Assembly: GCF_004010195.1 (NCBI RefSeq)
Contig: NC_057718.1
Location: forward strand, 86,858,139 to 86,922,138
Length of the DNA stretch: 64,000 nt
Source of the DNA: Chiloscyllium plagiosum
Taxonomy: Eukaryota
Direction of reading: 5' to 3'
Under the pieces are notes generated by a model. The model did no database searches and was not told the origin of the DNA. It saw nothing but the letters and a program-made list of their open reading frames with translations. Of the stretch, positions 25,280 to 38,010 are shown piece after piece (position 1 is the first letter of the stretch; each line of letters opens with the position of its first letter). The position numbers and the translations under genes are program-made.

Positions 25280-26940
25280 CAGTGTTTCAAGGCAGCTTGG
25301 GGTGCCTAGAACCTTTCAAAGGCATAAGGGAGAAATGTCTAAGGACTATGTCCAAATTATATAAGTGCTCCTTATTGGTCTTCCCTGTTATTAGGACATC
25401 ATAGACAAATGGTGACCTGGGGTTGATGTTGGAAAATGTTCTCCATCGTCCGCTGAAAAATTGCATAAGCTGACAACACCCCAAATGGCAGTCTCATATA
25501 TTGGTACAAACTCTTTTGGGTATTAATTGTAGCATACTTCTGGGAATCCTCATCGAACCGCAACTGCAAGTACACATGGATCAGCTTCATGAAGGACAGC
25601 TACCCTGCCAGTTTTGCGTATAAAAGTTTCTATGCAAGGGATGGAATATTTATCCAGCTGCGAAAAGCGGTTTATCATTTGTTTAAAATCCCCACAAAGG
25701 CGAATCGACCCGTCGGGCTTTACAATTGGTATGATCGGTGCTGCCCATTCTGCAAACTGGACTGGTTTGATGATTCTGTCGCGTTCCAGCCTTCTGATTT
25801 CTGCCTCTACTTTTGCCTGTAAGGCTAATGGCACTGGGCAGGCCTTGCAGAATCATGGAATTGCTTCCTGGTCAACATGCAAGGCAGCCTTGAGTCCTTT
25901 GATTGTCTCAAGACCTTCCTGAAAAACATTCAGGTATTTAATAAGGACTTCACACAGGCAGCCATTTTCTCATCAAAAATTGCTGAGCAAATCTGGGTGA
26001 ATTTTTTCTCAACCAATTGCGACCCATCAAGCTTGGACCCAAACCTTTTACTACAATCAATGGTAATTGAACCAGCTGCTTCTCATAAGAGACCGAAACC
26101 AAAGTTGTACCCTTAATCTGTAAAGAAAATCCCCAGTATACGTTCTCGGTCTAACTGACGTCTTGCACAAACTTAAAGGTTGGAGTCCCGAGTGAATTTT
26201 GTTGAAAACTGGTTCTGTGACCACCAAAACAGCCACGCCAGTATCGACCTCCATTAGAACTGGACAGCCATTGAACCAAACGTTTATTTTGACTGGCTCT
26301 GATTTGGATGTTGCTAAGCAATTTAACTGCTCCAAAACAGGTGTCGGTGGACCTTCCAGGGTGTGTACCTGGGTATATCCCCTTGAAACCTGTCTATGAG
26401 TTCTCTTACTCAATTTTCGTCTCACTGTCTCGAGTCTGCATGCCAGCAGTAATGACAATGGCTTGCCGGCCCAGATTCTGAAGAAACTTTAACCACTTTG
26501 CCCAGGCTTGGCTTTGTTCTGGGGTATTGCTCCAAGCTGACCTAGAATCTCTCTATTCAGTATATGTCCTGAGTGAGGCTATGTAGTTGCTTTCAAGTGG
26601 TGTCCCCATAGTTGGTCCAGTTGGACTGACGAGGGGGTCCATTTCTATTCACTTGCTACGTTTTGCAATGATAAAGCCTGTGTTGTACCTTCCTTAAGTC
26701 CAGTTGGTTACATTATTAATCCCATATATCCAACAGTCTCTCAGCATCTCATAAAGGGTTAAACTAAAGTCACATGCCTCTGCCAATTATCTTAACCTAG
26801 TCATAAAGCTGCAGGTCCACAAGCTGTCAGGGGAATTACTCCTTGCTTTTCATCTGCACCAATGTCATTTAACCTGAAAAAATAACTCGGTTCTTTCCAC
26901 ATACTGGACCCAGTCTTTGGCAGGATCAAACATCAAAATA
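25280..26940 (-). mobile_element. Decayed Gypsy-type LTR retrotransposon: gag-protease-RT
   Basis: Protease NGCPVLMEVDTG; RT KVEAEIRRLE...EWAAPIIPIVKPDGSIRLCGDFK, YQYMRLPFG, YDVLITGKTNKEHLYNL; gag-like start near 26930; multiple frameshifts. Confidence 0.88.
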
Positions 26941-27721
26941 TCTGGTCTCTGACCTCACACACCCAACTTGCATTGCATGGGATTTGCTAACAAGCAATTG
27001 GGCGATAACTATTCACAAATCCCACAAAAACATTAAGCTACTTAAAGTAGAACTCCTGAGCAAACTACAAAATAGGCAGCCAAATGGCAACACCATGATG
27101 CAACTTCAATCATGAAAATATTTGTCACCAGCGATTTATTTTGTGCCTCATTTGCCCAATAGAATTTGCTTTTGCTCTGCCAATGTAAAATGTAGTCCAT
27201 ATATTCCTGGGCTTGACAGGAAAACTGGGAAACTTTGGAAAACTTTTCTCACTTATCATTCAGCCATTTTCTGGGAAAGTGTATACGAGTAGGGTAGTGA
27301 ACTTCAATATTTACAAATATCAGGTGGCTTGTTACTTATTCATAACCCATGGATTACAATTGGATGCTATTGCTCCAATCTTGCTCTCAGGAAATAATCC
27401 AAAGTCCTACCTTCCATTAATTTCATTACTTTCTGGTTCCACTAGAAGTGGGCATTTTTCTTAGCTTTCCAGCATGAAAGAAAATATCAACCATTCCATT
27501 TTACAAACCACCAATATAGTTTGTATGAACCAATGAGTTGCATTTATGTATCTTTAGTACCTATAAGCCTATAGTACATTTGCCCTTGCGTAAACATCAC
27601 AAGTCACTTCCCAAGAGCATTATCAAGTAGACTTTGACGCTGAGCCTCATAAAGAGATGCACGAGGGCCTGACAACCAAACTACTCGTTTTCTGAACCAT
27701 TTTTTTCCTACTTTTCCACAG

Positions 27722-28652
27722 GTTGCAAGAGGATTGATGTGAAGCACTTGAGCTGGAGTGACGTGGAGTCTGCTATCGCTGTTGTCTTCTCCTGTTTAGG
27801 GATCCTAGCCACCATGTTTGTTACCCTTATCTTCGTGTTGTACAGGGACACTCCAGTAGTCAAGTCTTCGAGCCGCGAGCTCTGTTACATCATCCTGGCT
27901 GGCATCTTCCTGGGCTACATCTGTCCATTCACGTTGCTGGCTAAGCCAACCTTGGCCTCCTGCTACTTTCAGAGGATCCTGGTTGGGCTTGCTGCTGCCA
28001 TGTGTTATTCTGCCTTAGTGACTAAAACCAACCGTATTGCTAGGATCCTGGCTGGCAGCAAAAAGAAGATCTGCACTCGCAAGCCAAGGTTCATGAGTGC
28101 TTGGGCTCAGTTGGTGATCGCTTCCATCTTGATCAGCGTCCAGTTGACCATAGTAGTCACACTGTTGATCCTCGAGCCCCCTACCCCTGTCCTCTCCTAC
28201 CCCAGCATCAATGAGGTTTTCCTAATCTGCAACACAAGCAACCTGGGTGTTGTAGCCCCTCTAGGGTACAACGGGCTTCTCATCATGAGTTGCACCTACT
28301 ACGCCTTCAAGACAAGGAACGTTCCTGCAAATTTCAATGAAGCCAAATACATAGCCTTCACCATGTACACAACCTGCATCATATGGCTGGCCTTTGTCCC
28401 CATCTACTTTGGCAGCAACTACAAAATTATCACCACCAGTTTCTCGGTCAGCTTAAGTGTGACAGTGGCTCTGGGCTGCATGTTCACTCCAAAGATCTAC
28501 ATCATCATCGCCAAGCCAGAGCGCAATGTCCGTAGCGCCTTCACCACCTCTGATGTCGTGCGCATGCATGTGGGCGATGGGAAAGCCGCCTGCCGATCTA
28601 ACAGCCTGCTTGATATGTTTAAGAGGAAGAAAACTGTGTCTGGCAATGCAAG
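27722..28652 (+). CDS. GRM1: GRM1 exon (931 bp): complete 7-transmembrane domain and proximal C-tail
   Basis: Polypyrimidine tract + cacAG acceptor, AAG|GTAAGC donor; YRDTPVVKSSSRELCYIILAGIFLGY...KTRNVPANFNEAKYIAFTMYTTCIIWLAF...AKPERNVRSAFTTSDVVRMHVGDGK...KRKK, the mGluR1 signature. Confidence 0.97.
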
Positions 28653-29063
28653 GTAAGCAGCTCCAGGTACGAACCGTTCTGTGCCCGGTAAGTGCCATGT
28701 GGAATCTTATGATTGACAATTGAGAGGGCCATACATTTCATACACGCAACCATCCCTTGCCATGCTCCGCTGAAGGTGTAACCTCTTTGGATAGCCTTCT
28801 GCTCTGGAGCTTCAATGAATGTACGGCACTGTAAGTGATTATTGTTCTGGATTGGTCATTCTAGAAGTTGAGAGGTCTAATCCCATCATGCTAAGTTAGG
28901 AAATTGGCATTTAAGCAATTGTCTAAAACTTACAGCTTATTTTAAAAACCCAGTTCTTTACCATTGTCTTCAACTATGGGACCCCATTTCTCCTACCTAC
29001 TCATATGACCATAGTCCTTAATGCCCACTGAGGAGCAAGTTTGGTGCACACCTCAAAACGTAA

Positions 29064-29700
29064 ATAGAGTCATAACGTTGTACAGCACAGAGACAGGCCC
29101 TTTGGTTCAACCAGTCCATGCCAATCATAATCCCAAAATAAATTAATCCCACCTGCCTGCAGTTGGCCCAAACTTTTCTTATTCATGGACTTAGCCAAAT
29201 GCCTTTTAAATGTTCTAACTGTACCCACATCCACTGCTTCTTCTGGAAGTTCATTTCACATACAAGTCATTTTCTTAAAAAGAGTTGCTCCTCATTTTTT
29301 TAGTAATCTTTCTCCTCTCACCTTAGAAATACAACCCCCCCCCTCCCCCCAACTCATGAGTCATGAAATCCCAAACCCTAGGGAAAAGACCTACTATCCA
29401 CCTTATCTTTAGCCTTCATGATTTTATGAATCTCTGTAAGGTCATCCCTTAACTTCCTATGCTCCAGTGAAAAAAGTCCCAGCCAATTCAGCCACTCCTT
29501 ATGAATTCAACCCTCCAATCCCAACAACATCCAGGTAAATCTTCTCTGAACCCACTGTAGCTTAATATGACATGGCGATCAGAACTGGACACAATACTCC
29601 AGATGAGGCCTCAACAATGTCCTGTATAACCTGAACATGACACCCCAACTATACTCAAACGTCTGAGCAATGAAGACAAACATGCTAAATGCCTTATGAC
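29064..29700 (-). mobile_element. CR1 LINE 3' fragment
   Basis: Reverse complement of the CR1 3' UTR and RT end; same subfamily as 15918-16445. Confidence 0.82.
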
Positions 29701-31246
29701 AAAATCAGTAGAATTTTACAGTGCAAACAAACTTCAATGTGGTCCCAGTGCCACTGGGAAAACACCGCATTTGTATGTATCTCTAGCGTCTGTGTCCCTA
29801 TGAAACTCAAACCCTACCACCACTGATGTCTTTTCAAAATCCCAAGTAAGGTGCTCAATTTTAAATTTGTCTGATTAATGATCTCTAACCTGACTATTCC
29901 CTGTGGCAAAGTGATCCATGCTCCTGCAACCCCTCTGTGAACAAACTTCTCCTCATTTCTTTCTCTTGAAATCTATTTTGAATTAATAACATTTAGACCA
30001 TTGCCTCCAAATCAGTACAAATACCTTTTACTTATTTTTTCACTCTAAGCTGCACAATTTAATGAAAAGTTGTTTCTCAAACTTCTTTACTGCTGTAGAA
30101 ATAGTCCGTGTCTTACGTCTCACTGCATCAACAGCATATGGCAAGTAATCTTCACTTTGCCCATGGCTCTCCAAATGGAAAATTGCAAATGATTTCTCTA
30201 TATCCATTGCTTTTGGGTGAGGCTCCACACTAGCAGGAGAATGCTTGTCCTTTAACAACCACACTACCACTCTATCCCGAAACATGTTGCATTGACATTG
30301 CTAAGTTGTTCTATCCATAGCATGATAAGACTTGCATTTTGGCTAGATAAAGTTGATGAGGACTCTGACAGTCCATCATTTCTTTGCCCAAGTCCCACTT
30401 AAATTATGTGACAGCTTTAACCATTTCTATCTGTTCCACAATCATTTTCTCCAACATTGTGACAAGCTGGATCTTTCTTCTTTGACACTGTTTCAATTTT
30501 TAGCCAGTTAATTTTCTCCCCTTTTCAGTTCTTTAACTGTGAACAACTCATTGCCTGATACTCAAATACAAGTTGTCAACTTTCAGAATTGTCCCCAGTT
30601 TCCCACTGTGGGCCACATACAGCAAGTGTCATATGCACACACAAAGTTTTCAGCAGAGTGACACAGTCTGCTATTAACGCTTTCATGCCATAGTTAGAAA
30701 GATTTCTCTGAATGTGCTTTACAACACTCAAACATTTGAGCAGAATAAGTGCCAATGGTGTGCATGAGAATAAGGGAAAGGTCTGACTCAAATTCCCCTC
30801 AGTTGAACCTGCACCTTTACCGACATTCACATTTACTGGTGATCCATGTCCAGTTCCTATAGACTTCAATAGTCCTTTCGCTAACTCTCATGTATAGAGA
30901 AAATTACAAGAGAGTGATCATAACCAGCCTTGTATATTCACACTCTGTGAAATAAAGCACCTTTGCTGGTCATTATCTGATCTCACTTTACCTACCGTTC
31001 TCTCAGTCCAACTTTGGAAAACATAATGGAGAGATGATGTACAGAAGACATGAATATCCGGTACGCATCACAATGGGGAAGTATTCATGCACCCTCGGTT
31101 ATATTATTAGATGGCACGATGTGCATATTCTGGGCTTTCCCCAAAATGAGAGTCACTCAGGCCACTTCCAAGTGACAAATGCACTTTCTCAAGAGTAAGG
31201 GAAACATTGAGAGAGTAATCCATACCACAGCAGAGCTAAGATGTTT

Positions 31247-31586
31247 GGAGCAGCATGGTGGCTCAGTGGTTAGCTCTGCTGCCTCAAAGTGCCAGAGACC
31301 TGGCTTCGATTCCAGCCTCAGGCAACTGTCTGTGTCGAGTTTGCACATTCTTCCCGTGTCTGCGTGGGTTTCCTCCGAGTGCTCCAGTTTCCTCCCACAA
31401 TCCAAAGATGTGCAGGTTAGGCAAATTGGCCATGCTACATTGCCCATTGTGTTCAGGAATGTGTAGTCAAGAGTAACTGTAGAGTAATAGGGTCGGGGAA
31501 TGAGTCTGGTTGGATTACTGTTCAGAGGATTGATGTGGACATGTTGCGTCGAAGGGCCTGTTTCCACACTGTAGCGATTCTATGAC
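31247..31586 (+). mobile_element. HE1/V-domain-type tRNA SINE, full length
   Basis: A/B boxes; V-domain gagtttgcacattcttcccgtgtctgcgtgggtttcctccgagtgctccagtttcctcccaca; CR1-like tail. Confidence 0.88.
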
Positions 31587-32350
31587 TTCTAAGGTGCAAG
31601 CTGCAACTTACAACTGAAAGACTTGGCAAACTGACATTTCATTAAAATGTATCAACCTAAATAATGACACATGGCCAGTTACTGCCGCATCATACAAACT
31701 GCAGCTTGATTTGACACCAGCATGTATTTCTTCTTGAGGTGGTAACCTCCTGAGAAAAATTTCTTTGCTTACATAATAAATTTGTACACAACGCAAAGAA
31801 GAAGTGGAATTGGAGCAGGTCATAAATCAATGGCTTTTGATGCTCTTTGCGGAGAATACTCTTGGACATCCTTCCATACAAGAACATAGAAGCAATAGGG
31901 GAAAAGTAATGATGTGGAAATCTCCCAAAGTCAGGAGAAGTACCATCCTACTCCATGTCATATTTACCTTCTCACTCAAAAAAGATGTAAGTGTCAGGTA
32001 ACACTGGCACGGCTTGAAGATTACAACCAGCATTCCTTCGGTTGTTCCTTTTCTAACATTGTAGAACTGGAAGAGTCTTCCAGCACCGTCAGTGGCCCAG
32101 GAGGAGACATCCTCTCAAGAACCCAATGTCTCTCTCAGAAGTAGCTTTAAGCACCAACATAGCTATACACATCCTGCTATTGAGCTGTAAGAGGTAACAC
32201 TAAGTAGAATCTTACAGACCAGAAAAAAGCCTTCAGTGCAGCAAGATGGTGTTGGCTTATTAACAGAGATATCGAATTAGTGCCACTCCCTACTCTTCTC
32301 CTATGGCCCTGTTAACTTCACCTTTTCACCAATTCCCTTTTGAAAATCAA

Positions 32351-32499
32351 TATTGAATTTGCTACCATCACCCATTCAGGCTATACCTTCTATCCTACAA
32401 GATAATGGTTCTGAAAGATTTCATATTGAATCTGCTACCATCACCCATTCAAGGCAATGCTTTCTGTCTTATAAGGTAATGGTTCTGAAAGATATCATA
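32351..32499. repeat. Diverged tandem duplication, 2 x ~73 bp
   Basis: tattgaat(t/c)tgctaccatcacccattca...taatggttctgaaagat repeated at 32351 and 32424. Confidence 0.8.
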
Positions 32500-32890
32500 T
32501 TAAAGCTGCATGAAGCTCTACCCAATCTGATGATGTCACATAGTCGCTGGGTGATGAAGAAGAATCCAGTATAAGGTCCTGAGAAAGACAGGTGTATCAT
32601 CTCTGGCTCCTGACTAGTTCGACCTGACGACAATGTAACTCATGCCCATTGCTATCATGGAATAAACTATATCTTGCTAAGTATGGCTGGTGCTTCTTTT
32701 CAATAAGACTTACATTGTACCAGTGCTAATTTGGGTAGGCCCTAATACTCAGAGAAATGAGGATTGGTGGCAGTACTTTACCCCAACCACAAGCCACTAA
32801 TGGTTTGAAACCTTCATCCCTCCTCTTCATCTCCAGTTTGTTTCTTTTACCAATTGGTCAAATATCTGCCCAATGATTATCATCTTCCTG

Positions 32891-35561
32891 ATGTGGAGGC
32901 ACCAGTGTTGGACTGCTCAGGAGTCCGATAACACCAGGTTATAGTCCAACAGGTTTATTTAAAATCACAAGCTTTTGGAGCGATTCTTTGGGTGAAGCAA
33001 AAGAGAAGCACACAGGCACAGAATGTACAGGCAGAGAGACCAATGGGCAGAGAGATCAAAAGATTGCACAAATGGTATGGGTGGAGTGTCAACAGGCTGA
33101 ATAGCAGGTCTCTGCAGGTGATCGAGAGTGCCAGATGGTGTGAGTAAAGTGTCAATAACAAGTGAAGGGATGACCTACAATCTGAGTAAATGAAGTTAAA
33201 AATCACATAGCACCAGGTTATAGGCCAATGGGTTTATTATGAAGTACTAGCTTTTGGAGCACTGCTCCTTCATCAGGTGAGACAGGGTTATAAGACACAG
33301 AATTTATAACAAAAGATTTCAGTGTCATGCAATTGAAATGATATATTGATTCAATAAAGTGCTGCAACATGACCCAAGGTCTTGGTTGAGGCTGTCTTCA
33401 TGGGTACGGAACTTGGCTATCAGTTTCCGCTTGGCAATTCTATATTATTGTGTATCTTGAAGGCTGCCTTGGAGAATGTTTACCCGAAGATCGGGGGCTG
33501 AATGTCCTTGATAGTTGAAGCATTCTCCATCTGGGAGAGAACATTCCTGTCTGATAATTGTTGTCCATTCATCCATTGTTGTTGCATCTGTATGGTCTCA
33601 CCAATATACCATGCCTTGGAGCATCCTTGCCTGCAGCATTTATGAGGTAGACAACATTAGGGTAACATGGTGGCTCAGTGGTTGCACTGCTGCCTTACAG
33701 TACGAGGGACCCAGGTTCAATTCCAGCCTCAGGCGACTGTCTGTGTGGAGTTTGCACATACTCCCAGTGTCTGCATGGTTTTCCTCTGGGTGCTCTGGTT
33801 TCCTACCACAGTCCAAAGATGTGCAGGTTAGGTGACTTGGCCATGCTAAATTGTTCATCATGTTACCTGCATTAGTCAGAGGGAACTGGGTCTGGGTGGG
33901 TTACTCTTCAGAGGGTTGGTGTGGACTTGTTAGGCAGATGGGCCTGTTTCCATGTCATAGGGAATCTAATCTGAAAAAAAATTGGCCAAGTCACGTGACT
34001 ATCTGCCATGTACATGGTGGGTGATGTTCCCACATGTGATGGTAGTATCCATACCGATGATCTGACATGTCTTGCAGCTGTTACTGTGGCAGGGTTGTGT
34101 GGTGTTGTGGTCGATGTTATTCTGAAGGCTGGGTAGTTTGCTGCAAACAATGGTCTGTTTCAGGTTTAGCGGCTGTTTGAAGGTGAGAAGTGAATGTGTA
34201 GGGATGATCTTGGCAAGATGGTCATTATCATCTATGACAGGCTGAAGGCTGTGAAGAACATGGCGTAGTCTCTCTGCTCTGGGGGAGTACTGAACAACGA
34301 AGGAGACTCTATCATTCATGACCTGTATCTGTCTTTTAAGGAGGTCATTGTGGCTTTTTGCTGTGGCATGTCAGAACTAGCAATCAATGAGTTGAGCATT
34401 GAAGCCTATTCTTATGAGAGTGTGCCTGATCTGAGCAAATCCTGTGTATGTGCAGGGCTTGTCCATGGTATAACATGTTGAGGGTGGAAGCTAGAAAAGT
34501 GTAGCATCGTGAGGGTATCTGTGGGATGGAGATGGAGTGAGGTACTGAAGTGTCCATCCTTGATGGAGATGCGTGTGTCCAAGCATGAGATTGATTCTGA
34601 AAGGTAGTCCATGATAAGACTGATGGTGAGATAAATCTTGTTGATATTGCTATGCAATTGATACAGTGATTGCTCACCAAGAGTCTAAAGGAAGAAAATG
34701 TCATCAATGTATCCGGTGTATAGTGTTGGTTGGAGGTCCTGCACAGCAAAGAAGTCTTGTTCGAACATGTGCATGAAAATGATGGCATATTGGGGTGAAA
34801 CTTTGGTCCCCATGGCTGTGTCTGGATGAAGAACTGGTTGTCAAAGGTGAAGAAGTTGTGATTGAGGATGAGGCGGATGAGTTGTAGGATGGTGCCTGGA
34901 GATTGGCAGTTGTTGGTATTGAATACTGAGGCTAATTGCAGCGATGCCGTTATCATGGGGGATGCTGGTGTAGAGTGCTGAAACCTCTATTGTGATGAAG
35001 AATGATCCTGTTTTGAGTGGTCCATGGGTGCTGTGTTTCTGTAAGAAGTCTCAAGTGTAGTGACAGAAGCTGGGGGATCCTTGTACAATGGTTTATTGTC
35101 CTGTTTAGATACTATCACCTTGATAGATTGTTATGATCTCTCTACCTTAATTAGTTTTGTAGAGCTTTGGATTACTTATTACTTTGGTTAGACCCTCGGC
35201 ATGCGACTCTTATAATTATTATGTTATCCCAGTCACCTTATTTTTGTTTTTTTGTAATTATCTTTCTGCCTCATTTAATCAGATTATAGGTCATCCCTTC
35301 ACTTGTTAATCAGCTGTTGACACTTTACTCATACTGTCTGTCACTCTTGATCACCTGCAAAGACCTATTATTCAGCTTGTCGACACTCCACTCAATTGTA
35401 TGATCTTTTGACCTCTCTGCAGATTGGTCTCTCTGCCTATAAATTCTGTGTCTGTGTGCATCTCTCCCACTTAACCTGATGAAGGGGTAATGCTCCAAAA
35501 GCTTGTAATTTCAAATAAACCTGGTAAACTCTAACCTGGGGTTGTGTGACTTCTGACCTTG
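32891..35561 (-). mobile_element. 5'-truncated Penelope-like element (RT + GIY-YIG endonuclease remnants) with inverted terminal pseudo-LTRs and 11-bp TSD
   Basis: RT: ILQLIRLILNHNFFTFDNQFFIQTQ, YIDDIF, ISCLDTRISIKDG. Linker FKQPLNLKQTIV...PCHSNSCKTC. NVVYLI...WYIGET endonuclease. 32920-33190 is the reverse complement of 35270-35550; tcatcttcctg at 32880-32890 and 35562-35572. Confidence 0.88.
33660..33975 (+). mobile_element. HE1/V-domain-type tRNA SINE nested in the PLE endonuclease region
   Basis: Head, V-domain and (aatct)n tail; splits the PLE frame between HVHGR and NVVYLI. Confidence 0.85.
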
Positions 35562-35779
35562 TCATCTTCCTGCCAGTGGAAACAGGCTCTTTTTATTTAC
35601 TTAACAGGATACTTCACAGAATTACCAGTGCTAGTTAGACATTTTCCTGGCGGTTTCATTGCATAACCTACCACAGTCAGTTACCCCATCTCCAATTTTA
35701 TTTAATGTCAAAGCAAACAAACACGAAGGCATTAAACAGGAAATCAGAGTCTCAAGCAGTAGAGTAATACAATAATAAA

Positions 35780-38010
35780 ATAATAAAGAACACCTTTAAT
35801 TATGTGTAACTTTTAATCTGAATGTAGATTGGGCTAATCAAATCAGTAACAATGTCATAGAGGAGGAATTCCTGGAGTGTGCATGAGATTATTTTTCTGG
35901 ATCAATACATTGGTGAACCAACTGTACACAGATCATTTTGGACTCTGCATTGCATAATGAAGAAGAAATAATTGGCAGTCTAGCTATGCAAGACTGCTTA
36001 GGAAAGAGTGACCATAATATGACAGAATTCTTCATTCAGGTGGAGAGTGATGTAGTTGATTTTGAGACCTGGGTCCTGAAATTAAATAAAGGGACCTACG
36101 ATGGAATGAGGTGCAAGCTGGCGATGATAAACTGGGAAATGGTGCTTAAAAGGAATGACGGTGGATTGCCAATGGAGGAACTGCAATGATTGTTCATTCC
36201 TGTCTGGACAAAAATACAATGGGAAAGGTGACCCAACAAAGAACATTAAGGACAGTATTAGATTCAAGGATATGCATAAAAATTGACCAAAAAATGCAGC
36301 AGACGTAAGGATTGGGAGCAGTTTGGACTTCAGCAAAGGAGGACAAAGGAATTGATGAAGAGGTTGGCAAATAGGTTTCGAAATTAAGCTTGTGGAGAAC
36401 ATCCAAACTGATTGTATAAGCTTCTATAGGTAGGTAAACAGAAAACAGATTAGTGAAGACAAATGTAGGTCCCTTACAGTCAAAAAAATAAGTTATCATG
36501 GGGTTCAAAGAGATGGCAAACCAATTAAATATATATTTTGGTTCCGTCTTCACAAAGGATGGCACATATAGTGTCCCACAAATGTTGGAGACCACAGGAA
36601 ATCAGTATTCATAGGGAAACTTTGTTGGGGAAATTGATGGGTTTGAGGGTAATAAATCCCCAAAGTCTAATAATCAACACCCCAGAATACTTAATTAATA
36701 TGTTCAGAAATTATGGATATATTAGTGGTTATGTTTCAAAATTCTACAGATTCTAGATTCTTATGGGTTAAAACATGGCTAAAAAAAAATTTTAAAAGAG
36801 GTAGAGAGCAAACAGGGAATTATAGACCAGTTAGTTTGACATCAGTAGTGGGGAAATGTTAATGACCATTTAAAATATTTCATAGCAGAGCATGTGGAAA
36901 ACAGCAACAAGATCAGACAGAGTCAGCATTGGTTTACAAAAGGGAAATCACGCTGAACAAATATGCTGGAAATTGTCAAGGATGTAACTAATATAGTTGA
37001 TAAGGGGAGAGCAGTGGATGTGGTTTACTTGGACTTGCAGAAGACATTTAATAAGAGATTAGTTTGTAAAATTAAAGAGCATGGATTTGGGGATGGTGTA
37101 CTGCCATTTATAGAAAACTGGGTGGCAGACAGGCAACAAAGAATAGGAATAAACCGGTTTTTTTCTGAGTGCCAGGCAGTCCCCAGTAGCCTGGACACCA
37201 GTCACTCACAATATATATTAATTATTTAGGTGACAGAATTAAGATAATATCTCCATGTTTACAAACAATATAAAGGTGGGTGGGACAGCGAGCTGTGAGG
37301 AGGATGCAGAGATGCGTCAGTGTGGTTTAGACAAGTTGAGTAGAGTCGACAAATGCATGTCAGGTGAAGTACAATATGGATAAATGTGAGGTTGTCCACT
37401 TTAGTAGCAAAAACAGGAAGTTGAGAGGATTCGAGTACAGGAGTGGGGAAGTCTTGCTGCAATTGTACGGCCTTGGTAAGATCACACCTGTGGTAATGTA
37501 AACAGTTTTAGTCTCCTTTTCTGAGGATGTTTCAGCTACAGAGGGAGTTTAACAACTATTTACCAGACTAATTTCTGGGATGCAGGACTGATCTACGAAG
37601 AGAGATTATGTTCACTGGGGTTTGAAATAATTAAGAGAGTCATGTAAAAACCCATAAAATTCTAACAGGAGTAGACCAGACACATGTCAGAAACTTGGGA
37701 GCTCAGAACCGGGATCACAATTTAAGGATATGGAGTGGACCCTTTAGGACTCAGATGAGGAGAAATGTCTTCATCCAGAGAATGGTGAGCCTGTGGAGTT
37801 CTCTGTCACAGAAAGTGGCTGAGGTCCAAACCTTCAGTGTTTTCAAGAAGGAGTTAGATATAGTCCTTATGTCTAAAGGGATCAAAGAGCATAGAGAGAA
37901 AACAGGAACAGGGTATTGAGTTGGCTGATCAGCCATGAGTGTACTGAATGGCTGAGCAGACTCAAAGGGTAAAATGTCCTGCCCCTGTCCCTATTTTCTA
38001 TGTTTCTAAA
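35780..38010 (+). mobile_element. Old, heavily decayed CR1 LINE (endonuclease end to 3' UTR)
   Basis: LGKSDHNM, GNYRPVSLTSVVGK, DKGRAVDVVYLDLQKTF, RMVSLWSSL motifs in broken frames. Confidence 0.85.

Noticed and set aside
27722..28652. Assignment as GRM5
   Set aside because: TTSDVVRMHVGDGK, the basic KRKK motif, the SVSWSEP and SSTL tail and the RAB32 neighbour fit GRM1.
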